A stretch of 64,000 nt of DNA from Octopus vulgaris (Eukaryota), in assembly GCA_951406725.2 (NCBI GenBank), contig CATOCA020000020.1, positions 1 to 64,000 of the forward strand. Direction: 5' to 3'. The notes under the pieces were generated by a model. It was given only the letters and a program-made list of their open reading frames with translations. It searched no databases and was not told where the DNA came from. The stretch's first letter is position 1. Each line of letters starts with the position of its first letter. This document shows positions 1-9,216 of the stretch, one piece after another. The translations under genes and the position numbers were made by a program.

Positions 1-3000
1 ATCGGACAGCACCCCCCTCTCCAACCTCATCCTCCCCCTCAAGCGAAACTTGAAAAAGTTGATGAGGCCTTGACCAAAGAGGAAAGTGTCTGACTTTAGC
101 CCTTTCAAACGAGTCCACCACACGACCTCTTTCGCCACAGCCACAAGGCACAAGAAAACGGCCTCGCCCTCCTTGTTAAAGGAGGTCGGCGGGGCAATCT
201 TCACTATGGATTCGGCCGATAGTCGGATCCGTCCTACACGTGACAGTAGCTGTTCGACATAAACCCATATTTCAGCAATACTCGGGCACTGGACGAGTGC
301 GTGCAGAACGGTTTCGTCGTCCTGGCAACACCTCGGGCAGGCCCGGCTGACGGCACTTCCGTGCCGGTAGAGTTTATCTCGAACAGGCAGAGCCCCTCGG
401 TAGCACTGCCAGGCGAGAGACCTCTGGAAATTATCCATCGGCCCCGGCCCGAAAGTCCTCCCGAACAGACCGCACAGTTCGTCATCTTCAACGCCTAGAG
501 TTTCCCCGAGAACGTCGTCGCATTTTTCCTCCACTAACCCTCTATAGAACGCTAGAGTGGAGCTGTAACCGACCGCATTGCCCGCCTGGCGGAGGGCGGA
601 GAGGGCTTGACGGCACTCGAGGTGCCAAGCGCCCTTTCTCGGTCTACGTTTGATCCAGGTCTGCAGCTCCGTCAAAGAGACGAGCTGCGGAAAATCGCGT
701 CTGACAAAAGACGACCACACCTGTTCACCGTCTAGGAAGCGCTTGAGATGCCGCAGCCTGAGCGCATGTCTGCGCAACAGCAACCACGGCATTCCAAGGC
801 CTCCGTTCAGCGGTCGTTGACAGCAGATGGATCGCCTGACCAGTGGCACCTGACCCTTCCACAAAAAGTCGAAGAGCAGACGTACCAGCTTGGCCAACCA
901 GCGGTCGGGACAAGGGACGACGGTCAAGCGGTAATAGATGACGGATGCGATGTACGCATTCGCCACCTCCGCTCGACCTTTCAGGGACAGCTTCCTCTCG
1001 GCCCATTTCTGGGTGAGACGTGCCACCCTGCTCGTCACCTCTTCCCAGTTCTTATCCACCTGGAGGTCCGGACCGAACCAGACCCCGAGCAGTTTAACGG
1101 GTCCGTCTGTCCAGCGCCCTACGACGCTGTTGGACGGCATGGGCTTGCCTCTCCAGGTGCCCAGTTGCAAGCCCACAGACTTTTCCGCGTTAATCTTTGC
1201 CCCTGTCACCGCTTCGTACTGGTTTAGCGTCTCGCCAATCAGGCCAATGTGCCTGTGGCTCGACACCACCACGGTGACGTCGTCGGCATAAGCAGACACG
1301 CTGTTTCCGCCTCCTAGATCGCGCGGGATACCCCTCAAAGCCTCCAACTTGCGCAGTAATGGCTCGAGAGTCAAAATGTACAAGAGGGAGGAGAGAGGGC
1401 ATCCTTGGCGGACCGAACGCGAGATGTCGAACGGTTCCGAAAGGTGACCGTTCACCCGTATCACCGAGCAGATGTTGCTGTATAAAGCAGCGATCCACCC
1501 GCGGAAGACTGGACCGAAGCCGGCTGCCTTGAGGACAGCTGCCAGGTACCGATGGTCGACCCTATCGAAGGCTTTACTCTGATCCAAGTTGATCAAAGCC
1601 CCACCCGCGCCAGCGTCGTTACCCACCCTCTCTATGATGTAGCGCATGAGATGGAGGTTGTCGTGTATCGACCTGGTCGGCACGGCGCATGTCTGCGTCC
1701 CGCCGACCAGCTTGTCCACGACAAGCGCCAATCTCTTGGCTAGCACCTTGGCCAAAATCTTCAACTCTGCATTGAGCAGAGTGATGGGCCGGAAATTCCC
1801 TATAACGTCCCCCTTGTTTGGGTCCTTCTTTAGCAAAGCCACCACCCCTCGACAGACAAAAGCAGGAATTCTCCCGTTTTGCTGCCAGTTGCAGTAGACG
1901 TTTGCCAACAGGTCCGCAAACAAGTCTGGCATTGAAAAGTAAAGCTCGTAGGGCAGACCATCCAAACCCGGCGATCTACCTCTCGTGCAACTCTTCATCG
2001 CTTCCTGTACTTCCCAGGCAGATATCGGTCCTTCGCAGCACTCTGCCTCGCTGTCCGAGAGTTGCGGCAGTCCGTCCAGGTACACACCGAAGTCTGTACC
2101 GTTGGTGTCCGTTCCACCGCTCGTCCCAAACAGTTGAGCAAAGTGCCGCTGAAGCACCGTACACATCTGCTTCGGTTGGGTAACCTCGCGCCCGTTCTGG
2201 TCCACCAAAGACCGAATGGTTGCTCTGTTGCCTCGCTTCGCCTCCGCCACGCGGGCCCATCGAGCGGCTCTAGTCCCCTCCCCGCTTAGCGAACGTGCCT
2301 TAGCTCTGACAACGCAGCCTTCGTGTTTGGCGTCGAAGTGTTGGTCGAGGGCCAACCTTGCCGCCAACACGTCGGTCGCGATGCCAGTGTCAAGAGCCTC
2401 GTCTAGTTTCTTAACTAAATCCCGCTCTCTCTTCCTACGTTCAATAGCTAGAGTCTTACTATACCTAATCGACTCTACTCTAATTGCTCTCTTGAGGGCA
2501 AACCACCAGTTGTTGTTGATGATTGCCCCCGTGAGCGCCCGCTTAACTAGTAAACTAATCCGGTCTCTGTAAGCTTTGCACGCCGTTAACGACGCGTTCA
2601 GCTTCCAGTAGCCGGGTCCCTGTCTATGTAGCCTATCTAAGTCGACCGTACAGATCACTAATTTGTGGTCCGTATATTCGACTAGGTGGAATTGTGGACA
2701 CCCTACGCTGTCCTTATCCGCTGGCCTACAAAACACTCTATCTAAGTACGATCTAGACGACCCGATGCGGTTTGTCCAAGTCCACATTGGCACATTCGGG
2801 TTGTCTAGTCGAAACCTGTCGGACAGCTGAAAGCGGCCGAGTAGGTTGGCGAGGCTCTTGCACCCTCCCCCTCTCCTATCAGACGCTCCCCTGCCCACCC
2901 GATCGAAACGTTCGTCTAAGACAGCGTTCCAATCCCCAACTAGTACTAGAGTGCGTGACGTTCCCAGGAAAACTTCCAGACGTTTGAAATAATCCGACTG

Positions 3001-3357
3001 CCCTGCTCCTGTCGGAGCGTAGGCAGCCAGCAGTCTGAAAGCACCGCCGTCACTACCGTCGACGTCGAGGACCACCAACTTACCTTCCGGATCCAAGAAG
3101 ACTGTCCTTATTTTCAGGTCCAGGCCCTTCCGAAACAACACCGCAGTACCACCACCGCCCGCTCCCGGCCGACACGGAGATAGAAATATCTCGTATCCGC
3201 CGAAAAGGGCTGCGAGTTCCTGCGGGTCGGAGAGCCTGGTTTCACTGATGGCTGCTACATCCACATCATGAAACCTCAGGTCGTTTAACAGGTGACCCTG
3301 TTTCCAAGGTGACCCGAGGCCTCTCACATTCAAGCAACCGATTCTAAGATTTGCCAT
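1..3357 (-). CDS. ORF2 APE endonuclease / reverse transcriptase, unit 1 (C-terminus runs off window)
   Basis: ATG at 3357 (MANLRIGCLNVRGL). Constant 5859 offset to unit 2 ORF2 implies no net indel. Absent from the ORF track because the stop lies outside the window. Confidence 0.9.
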   Translation of the reverse strand, partial: MANLRIGCLNVRGLGSPWKQGHLLNDLRFHDVDVAAISETRLSDPQELAALFGGYEIFLSPCRPGAGGGGTAVLFRKGLDLKIRTVFLDPEGKLVVLDVDGSDGGAFRLLAAYAPTGAGQSDYFKRLEVFLGTSRTLVLVGDWNAVLDERFDRVGRGASDRRGGGCKSLANLLGRFQLSDRFRLDNPNVPMWTWTNRIGSSRSYLDRVFCRPADKDSVGCPQFHLVEYTDHKLVICTVDLDRLHRQGPGYWKLNASLTACKAYRDRISLLVKRALTGAIINNNWWFALKRAIRVESIRYSKTLAIERRKRERDLVKKLDEALDTGIATDVLAARLALDQHFDAKHEGCVVRAKARSLSGEGTRAARWARVAEAKRGNRATIRSLVDQNGREVTQPKQMCTVLQRHFAQLFGTSGGTDTNGTDFGVYLDGLPQLSDSEAECCEGPISAWEVQEAMKSCTRGRSPGLDGLPYELYFSMPDLFADLLANVYCNWQQNGRIPAFVCRGVVALLKKDPNKGDVIGNFRPITLLNAELKILAKVLAKRLALVVDKLVGGTQTCAVPTRSIHDNLHLMRYIIERVGNDAGAGGALINLDQSKAFDRVDHRYLAAVLKAAGFGPVFRGWIAALYSNICSVIRVNGHLSEPFDISRSVRQGCPLSSLLYILTLEPLLRKLEALRGIPRDLGGGNSVSAYADDVTVVVSSHRHIGLIGETLNQYEAVTGAKINAEKSVGLQLGTWRGKPMPSNSVVGRWTDGPVKLLGVWFGPDLQVDKNWEEVTSRVARLTQKWAERKLSLKGRAEVANAYIASVIYYRLTVVPCPDRWLAKLVRLLFDFLWKGQVPLVRRSICCQRPLNGGLGMPWLLLRRHALRLRHLKRFLDGEQVWSSFVRRDFPQLVSLTELQTWIKRRPRKGAWHLECRQALSALRQAGNAVGYSSTLAFYRGLVEEKCDDVLGETLGVEDDELCGLFGRTFGPGPMDNFQRSLAWQCYRGALPVRDKLYRHGSAVSRACPRCCQDDETVLHALVQCPSIAEIWVYVEQLLSRVGRIRLSAESIVKIAPPTSFNKEGEAVFLCLVAVAKEVVWWTRLKGLKSDTFLFGQGLINFFKFRLRGRMRLERGVLSD

Positions 3358-3396
3358 GTTTCAAAAGTTAGGGGAAAAAAAGGAGAAAAAAAGGCT

Positions 3397-5267
3397 CTAC
3401 TTACTGTTGTTGGTGGTGGGGGTGGCTCCCTTGTGCTTTTGCACGGGTGCTTCCACAATGTTTTTGTAAAGTTTCTTCGAGAAACTTTTCCCTAGCGATC
3501 CCACATCGTTAGGGAATATTTGTTTGATTTCATCATAAACTTTTTGCATTTATTTTTATTGTGAGAATGTGTGCTGGTGGTGTGTTTTGTGTTGGTATGA
3601 TGAAATCGGTTATATTTGTACTAGTTTTGTTTTTTAAGTACTCCACTAGTTTTTGGTTCTTTGTGTTTATTGATGTAATTGTGTCTGTGTGTGTTTGTGT
3701 GTGTGGCAGTGGCAGTAGTGGTGTCGAAAGTGTTGTTGTTGTTGTTTGTTGTTGTGAGTGTGTGTTGTTGTTGTTGTTGTTGTTGATGTTGGGAAGCACT
3801 ATTTGTTCGTGCTTCCCCTGTAAATCTTTTTGTTTCTTCCTCCTTTTCTTCTTTGGAGGCACTATACTCCATTCTCCTTTGTTGGAATCAGAGCTCGCAC
3901 AATCCGAGATCTCTTCATCCGGCAAAGGAATGGTTGAGGGGTCTGCTTCAGTAGCAGGACGAAAAGTTTCTGGTTCCACCGGTATCGGTGGTGCCGCTGC
4001 TCCTGTTACTGTTGATGTCGCTGCTGTCGACCTTCGAGGTACTGGTGTCGGTGTTGGTTTGGTGGTGGTTGTCGGTGTTGGTTTGGTGGTGGTTGTTGTT
4101 GTTGGAGGTGGTGTTGTTCGTCTTGGTGCTGGTGTTGGTGATGGTGTTGGTGGTGTGGCAGCCTTTGGTGTTTCTTGCTGTTTTTGTTGTTTCTGTTGTT
4201 GTTGCTTGTGTTGTTGTTGTTGTTGTTGTTGTTGCTGCTGCCTCTTGCTGAAAGCCTCCATCCTCTTTTTGTGAATGGGACAGTCCCTCTTTAAGTGGCT
4301 TTCGCTGCTGCAGAGGAAACATTTTGGCTTTCGCCCCTCCACAGCAACGTTTAGCCTGGTGCCGTCCGGCAAACTTACGAAATCAGGGACTTTACTTATA
4401 TTCTCTTGCTGAATTTGCGCAAGAAGCAGCACTCCCATCCCCAACCAGTTTTTCGCCCTCACTCTCCTGACATCTAGAATGGTGGTAGTGTCCTCTATAT
4501 CATAGAGGACAGCTGCCACCAGCCATGACATATCTAGCTCAGGGGGGCGAGGTCGATTTTTATTTTTGTTACTCTTCGCCCGAGGTGGGTCGGAACTAGT
4601 AACAAATTCTCAGTTTGCAAGGGCGAAATGGCGTTCGCCCTTGCAAGCTCCTCTGTTGGGAAGCGAACCTCCACGGTTCCAAAACGCTTCCCCTTGGTTA
4701 CGTAGCTCTTTTGGGCCCAAATGGGCTTTAGAGCTATCTCCAACTGTTGGGGTGTGGCATTTGTTATTCTTTTTAGTTTTCTGTCGAAAACTTTGTAAAT
4801 GATTGTTTTTTTGTTGGTGCTTTCAATCACCTCTTGTGGAGTATTGAGGAAGATGCCATTGCCATCCTTCCTCAACAACTCCTTCGCTCTTTTCACATCT
4901 TCTAGAGTTATCTTAACTTCCTCCGAAATTTGCTTCGCAGCAGAAGCAAAATTGTTGGAAGTTTTTTCTTTTATCTCCGTGTCAATGTTTGTGATGATTT
5001 TTGTAATTTGTTTTTTTTCCTCCTCCTTCCGTACCAAAGCATTGGGTGAAGGCAGAGGGGGAAAATCAAGAGTGACGTCGAACGCGACGTCCTGGCATGC
5101 ATTCTCCTTTTGAACCGAGCGCGTGCTCTCCGGTTCGGAAGGAGGAGCTTTGTTGCCTTTTACGGCCTGAAATGGGTTGTACGTAACCCGTGACGTTATT
5201 TTTTTTTGTTCTTGTAGGGGGGTGTTGCAAGAAGGAGGGAAGAGCCAGCAGCTCGTTTCAGTGCCAT
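3397..5267 (-). CDS. ORF1 gag-like RNA-binding protein, type B, apparent frameshifts
   Basis: ORF pieces 4534..5037 and 3533..4531; CCHC knuckle CFLCSSESHLKRDC; polyQ; PPKKKRRKK; ATG of MALKRAAG at 5267 and TAG at 3397 by homology to other units. Confidence 0.85.
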
Positions 5268-5486
5268 TTTGTAATGTGTGTGTGCAAAAAATGTCAATTT
5301 CAAAAGGATAGACAGTAATTTCACCCCGAATGGGGCAAAATTTCGCCCAACCGACGAGCTCCGCAAGAAGCCGGTCGGTTTGGCTACAAAAATATTAAAA
5401 AATATTCAAACTTATCAAATGAATTCCAATGAAATTGGTGTCAAATTCACGGAGCTGATTCACGTACGTCCATCGGCGTCGGAAGG
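5268..5486 (-). promoter_or_regulatory. 5' UTR / probable internal promoter region (representative; present in units 1-10)
   Basis: Lies between the (ATT)n junction and the ORF1 ATG; contains a DPE-like GGACG (5467-5471) and two hairpins (5317-5342, 5347-5383). Promoter function is inferred from general non-LTR element biology. Confidence 0.5.
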
Positions 5487-5501
5487 AATAATAATAATAA
5501 T
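5487..5501 (-). repeat. (ATT)5 tail / junction microsatellite (also 11355-11369, 17219-17233, 23089-23103, 28957-28971, 34823-34837, 40694-40708, 46563-46580 x6, 52429-52443, 58307-58324 x6)
   Basis: Plus strand reads ggaagg(aat)5-6caattc at all ten junctions, 9 nt downstream of AATAAA on the minus strand. Confidence 0.92.
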
Positions 5502-5510
5502 CAATTCTTT

Positions 5511-5516
5511 TTTATT
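5511..5516 (-). terminator. Polyadenylation signal AATAAA at element 3' end (representative; one per unit)
   Basis: Minus strand GGCCAATAAAAAAGAATTG(ATT)5 at the end of the 3' UTR. Confidence 0.7.
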
Positions 5517-5781
5517 GGCCACAAGGGCTGACACGCATGATTACATGAAGGGACAAGACAGGACGAAAGGTTACAAAGGGTTTTGTCCGTTTTTTAAAAC
5601 ATCGAGTAAAAATCTTTATAACAACTTATAAAATTCAACAATGAAAAACTCCCAAAAGGGGGAGACGTCTCGAAAGGTTCCTGGTGGAAAAAACCCTACA
5701 AAAGCCAACGGGAGCCTGGTCAAAAAAGGGGGTGTAGAGAGTCCCCTTTCTTCTCCTTTTACATTACCTTTTTCTTTGAAA

Positions 5782-8700
5782 TCACAGGCGAAACCTGAGA
5801 ACTGGTCCATTTATACAGGCCAGTCTCGCACAATTCACCCACCTTTCATAAAACTTGCTATCGGACAGCACTTTCCTCTCTAACCTCATCTTCCTTTTCA
5901 AGTGAAACTTGAAAAAGTTGATGAGGCCTTGACCAAAGAGGAAAGTGTCTGACTTTAGCCCTTTCAAACGAGTCCACCACACGACTTCTTTCGCCACAGC
6001 CACAAGGCACAAGAAAACGGCCTCGCCCTCCTTGTTAAAGGAGGTCGGCGGGGCAATCTTCACTATGGATTCGGCCGATAGTCGGATCCGTCCTACACGT
6101 GACAGTAGCTGTTCGACATAAACCCATATTTCAGCAATACTCGGGCACTGGACGAGTGCGTGCAGAACGGTTTCGTCGTCCTGGCAACACCTCGGGCAGG
6201 CCCGGCTGACGGCACTTCCGTGCCGGTAGAGTTTATCTCGAACAGGCAGAGCCCCTCGGTAGCACTGCCAGGCGAGAGACCTCTGGAAATTATCCATCGG
6301 CCCCGGCCCGAAAGTCCTCCCGAACAGACCGCTCAGTTCGTCGTCTTCAACGCCTAGAGTTTCCCCGAGAACGTCGTCGCATTTTTCCTCCACTAACCCT
6401 CTATAGAACGCTAGAGTGGAGCTGTAACCGACCGCATTGCCCGCCTGGTGGAGGGCGGAGAGGGCTTGACGGCACTCGAGGTGCCAAGCGCCCTTTCTCG
6501 GTCTACGTTTGATCCAGGTCTGCAGCTCCGTCAAAGAGACGAGCTGCGGAAAATCGCGTCTGACAAAAGACGACCACACCTGTTCACCGTCTAGGAAGCG
6601 CTTGAGATGCCGCAGCCTGAGCGCATGTCTGCGCAACAGCAACCACGGCATTCCAAGGCCTCCGTTCAGCGGTCGTTGACAGCAGATGGATCGCCTGACC
6701 AGTGGCACCTGACCCTTCCACAAAAAGTCGAAGAGCAGGTGTACCAGCTTGGCCAACCAGCGGTCGGGACAAGGGACGACGGTCAAGCGGTAATAGATGA
6801 CGGATGCGATGTACGCATTCGCCACCTCCGCTCGACCTTTCAGGGACAGCTTCCTCTCGGCCCATTTCTGGGTGAGACGTGCCACCCTGCTCGTCACCTC
6901 TTCCCAGTTCTTATCCACCTGGAGGTCCGGACCGAACCAGACCCCGAGCAGTTTAACGGGTCCGTCTGTCCAGCGCCCTACGACGCTGTTGGACGGCATG
7001 GGCTTGCCTCTCCAGGTGCCCAGTTGCAAGCCCACAGACTTTTCCGCGTTAATCTTTGCCCCTGTCACCGCTTCGTACTGGTTTAGCGTCTCGCCAATCA
7101 GGCCAATGTGCCTGTGGCTCGACACCACCACGGTGACGTCGTCGGCATAAGCAGACACGCTGTTTCCGCCTCCTAGATCGCGCGGGATGCCCCTCAAAGC
7201 CTCCAACTTGCGCAGTAATGGCTCGAGAGTCAAAATGTACAAGAGGGAGGAGAGAGGGCATCCTTGGCGGACCGAACGCGAGATGTCGAACGGTTCCGAA
7301 AGGTGACCGTTCACCCGTATCACCGAGCAGATGTTGCTGTATAAAGCAGCGATCCACCCGCGGAAGACTGGACCGAAGCCGGCTGCCTTGAGGACAGCTG
7401 CCAGGTACCGATGGTCGACCCTATCGAAGGCTTTACTCTGATCCAAGTTGATCAAAGCCCCACCCGCGCCAGCGTCGTTACCCACCCTCTCTATGATGTA
7501 GCGCATGAGATGGAGGTTGTCGTGTATCGACCTGGTCGGCACGGCGCATGTCTGCGTCCCGCCGACCAGCTTGTCCACGACAAGCGCCAATCTCTTGGCT
7601 AGCACCTTGGCCAAAATCTTCAACTCTGCATTGAGCAGAGTGATGGGCCGGAAATTGCCTATAACGTCCCCCTTGTTTGGGTCCTTCTTTAGCAAAGCCA
7701 CCACCCCTCGACAGACAAAAGCAGGAATTCTCCCGTTTTGCTGCCAGTTGCAGTAGACGTTTGCCAACAGGTCCGCAAACAAGTCTGGCATTGAAAAGTA
7801 AAGCTCGTAGGGCAGACCATCCAAACCCGGCGATCTACCTCTCGTGCAACTCTTCATCGCTTCCTGTACTTCCCAGGCAGATATCGGTCCTTCGCAGCAC
7901 TCTGCCTCGCTGTCCGAGAGTTGCGGCAGTCCGTCCAGGTACACACCGAAGTCTGTACCGTTGGTGTCCGTTCCACCGCTCGTCCCAAACAGTTGAGCAA
8001 AGTGCCGCTGAAGTACCGTACACATCTGCTTCGGTTGGGTAACCTCGCGCCCGTTCTGGTCCACCAAAGACCGAATGGTTGCTCTGTTGCCTCGCTTCGC
8101 CTCCGCCACGCGGGCCCATCGAGCGGCTCTAGTCCCCTCCCCGCTTAGCGAACGTGCCTTAGCTCTGACAACGCAGCCTTCGTGTTTGGCGTCGAAGTGT
8201 TGGTCGAGGGCCAACCTTGCCGCCAACACGTCGGTCGCGATGCCAGTGTCAAGAGCCTCGTCTAGTTTCTTAACTAAATCCCGCTCTCTCTTCCTACGTT
8301 CAATAGCTAGAGTCTTACTATACCTAATCGACTCTACTCTAATTGCTCTCTTGAGGGCAAACCACCAGTTGTTGTTGATGATTGCCCCCGTGAGCGCCCG
8401 CTTAACTAGTAAACTAATCCGGTCTCTGTAAGCTTTGCACGCCGTTAACGACGCGTTCAGCTTCCAGTAGCCGGGTCCCTGTCTATGTAGCCTATCTAAG
8501 TCGACCGTACAGATCACTAATTTGTGGTCCGTATATTCGACTAGGTGGAATTGTGGACACCCTACGCTGTCCTTATCCGCTGGCCTACAAAACACTCTAT
8601 CTAAGTACGATCTAGACGACCCGATGCGGTTTGTCCAAGTCCACATTGGCACATTCGGGTTGTCTAGTCGAAACCTGTCGGACAGCTGAAAGCGGCCGAG

Positions 8701-9216
8701 TAGGTTGGCGAGGCTCTTGCACCCACCCCCTCTCCTAACAGACGCTCCCCTGCCCACCCGATCGAAACGTTCGTCTAAGACAGCGTTCCAATCCCCAACT
8801 AGTACTAGAGTGCGTGACGTTCCCAGGAAAACTTCCAGACGTTTGAAATAATCCGACTGCCCTGCTCCTGTCGGAGCGTAGGCAGCCAGCAGTCTGAAAG
8901 CACCGCCGTCACTACCGTCCACGTCGAGGACCACCAACTTACCTTCCGGATCCAAGAAGACTGTTCTTATTTTCAGGTCCAGGCCCTTCCGAAACAACAC
9001 CGCAGTACCACCACCGCCCGCTCCCGGCCGACACGGAGATAGAAATATCTCGTATCCGCCGAAAAGGGCTGCGAGTTCCTGCGGGTCGGAGAGCCTGGTT
9101 TCACTGATGGCTGCTATATCCACATCATGAAACCTCAGGTCGTTTAACAGGTGACCCTGTTTCCAAGGTGACCCGAGGCCTCTCACATTCAAGCAACCGA
9201 TTCTAAGATTTGCCAT
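5782..9216 (-). CDS. ORF2 APE endonuclease / reverse transcriptase / C-terminal zinc finger, 1144 aa, intact
   Basis: APE motifs LNVRGL, ISET, AYAP, GDWN, YLDRVF, TDH; GPGYWKLN linker typical of Tx1/L1; RT motifs PGLDG, FRPITLLN, DQSKAFD, RQGCPLS, YADD; C-terminal CPRCCQDDETVLHALVQC (CX2CX8HX4C). Confidence 0.97.
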   Translation of the reverse strand: MANLRIGCLNVRGLGSPWKQGHLLNDLRFHDVDIAAISETRLSDPQELAALFGGYEIFLSPCRPGAGGGGTAVLFRKGLDLKIRTVFLDPEGKLVVLDVDGSDGGAFRLLAAYAPTGAGQSDYFKRLEVFLGTSRTLVLVGDWNAVLDERFDRVGRGASVRRGGGCKSLANLLGRFQLSDRFRLDNPNVPMWTWTNRIGSSRSYLDRVFCRPADKDSVGCPQFHLVEYTDHKLVICTVDLDRLHRQGPGYWKLNASLTACKAYRDRISLLVKRALTGAIINNNWWFALKRAIRVESIRYSKTLAIERRKRERDLVKKLDEALDTGIATDVLAARLALDQHFDAKHEGCVVRAKARSLSGEGTRAARWARVAEAKRGNRATIRSLVDQNGREVTQPKQMCTVLQRHFAQLFGTSGGTDTNGTDFGVYLDGLPQLSDSEAECCEGPISAWEVQEAMKSCTRGRSPGLDGLPYELYFSMPDLFADLLANVYCNWQQNGRIPAFVCRGVVALLKKDPNKGDVIGNFRPITLLNAELKILAKVLAKRLALVVDKLVGGTQTCAVPTRSIHDNLHLMRYIIERVGNDAGAGGALINLDQSKAFDRVDHRYLAAVLKAAGFGPVFRGWIAALYSNICSVIRVNGHLSEPFDISRSVRQGCPLSSLLYILTLEPLLRKLEALRGIPRDLGGGNSVSAYADDVTVVVSSHRHIGLIGETLNQYEAVTGAKINAEKSVGLQLGTWRGKPMPSNSVVGRWTDGPVKLLGVWFGPDLQVDKNWEEVTSRVARLTQKWAERKLSLKGRAEVANAYIASVIYYRLTVVPCPDRWLAKLVHLLFDFLWKGQVPLVRRSICCQRPLNGGLGMPWLLLRRHALRLRHLKRFLDGEQVWSSFVRRDFPQLVSLTELQTWIKRRPRKGAWHLECRQALSALHQAGNAVGYSSTLAFYRGLVEEKCDDVLGETLGVEDDELSGLFGRTFGPGPMDNFQRSLAWQCYRGALPVRDKLYRHGSAVSRACPRCCQDDETVLHALVQCPSIAEIWVYVEQLLSRVGRIRLSAESIVKIAPPTSFNKEGEAVFLCLVAVAKEVVWWTRLKGLKSDTFLFGQGLINFFKFHLKRKMRLERKVLSDSKFYERWVNCARLACINGPVLRFRL

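Larger units (their letters stand above)
1..5486 (-). mobile_element. Non-LTR retrotransposon unit 1 (3' end outside window; divergent ORF1 type B)
   Basis: 5' UTR, ORF1 and ORF2 are collinear with unit 2 at offset 5859 through ORF2; ORF1 N-terminal half is clearly divergent. Confidence 0.93.

Noticed and set aside
301-2987. Many short plus-strand and alternate-frame ORFs recurring in every unit (65, 159, 117, 121, 118 aa etc.)
   Set aside because: They are shadows of the GC-rich ORF2; recurrence reflects the tandem repeat, and none has a recognisable motif.
3561-4274. Antisense 237-257 aa Val/Cys/Gly-rich ORF opposite ORF1
   Set aside because: Stop-free only because the opposite strand is (TTG)n/(TGG)n low-complexity sequence; no evidence of a real membrane or cysteine-rich protein.
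5074-5091. 7-bp inverted repeat gacgtcg-aacg-cgacgtc with a CRE-like core in ORF1
   Set aside because: Short, inside coding sequence, and plausible by chance; no supporting evidence.
5317-5486. Possible HDV-like or hammerhead ribozyme at the 5' end (hairpin followed by GGCGAA)
   Set aside because: I could not find the P1/P2/P3 nested pseudoknot partners or a CUGANGA...GAAA core; only plain hairpins are supported.
5400-5600. tRNA, snRNA, 5S or rRNA target fragment between units, as in some site-specific Tx1 families
   Set aside because: No recognisable RNA-gene sequence; only (ATT)n separates the 3' UTR from the next 5' UTR.
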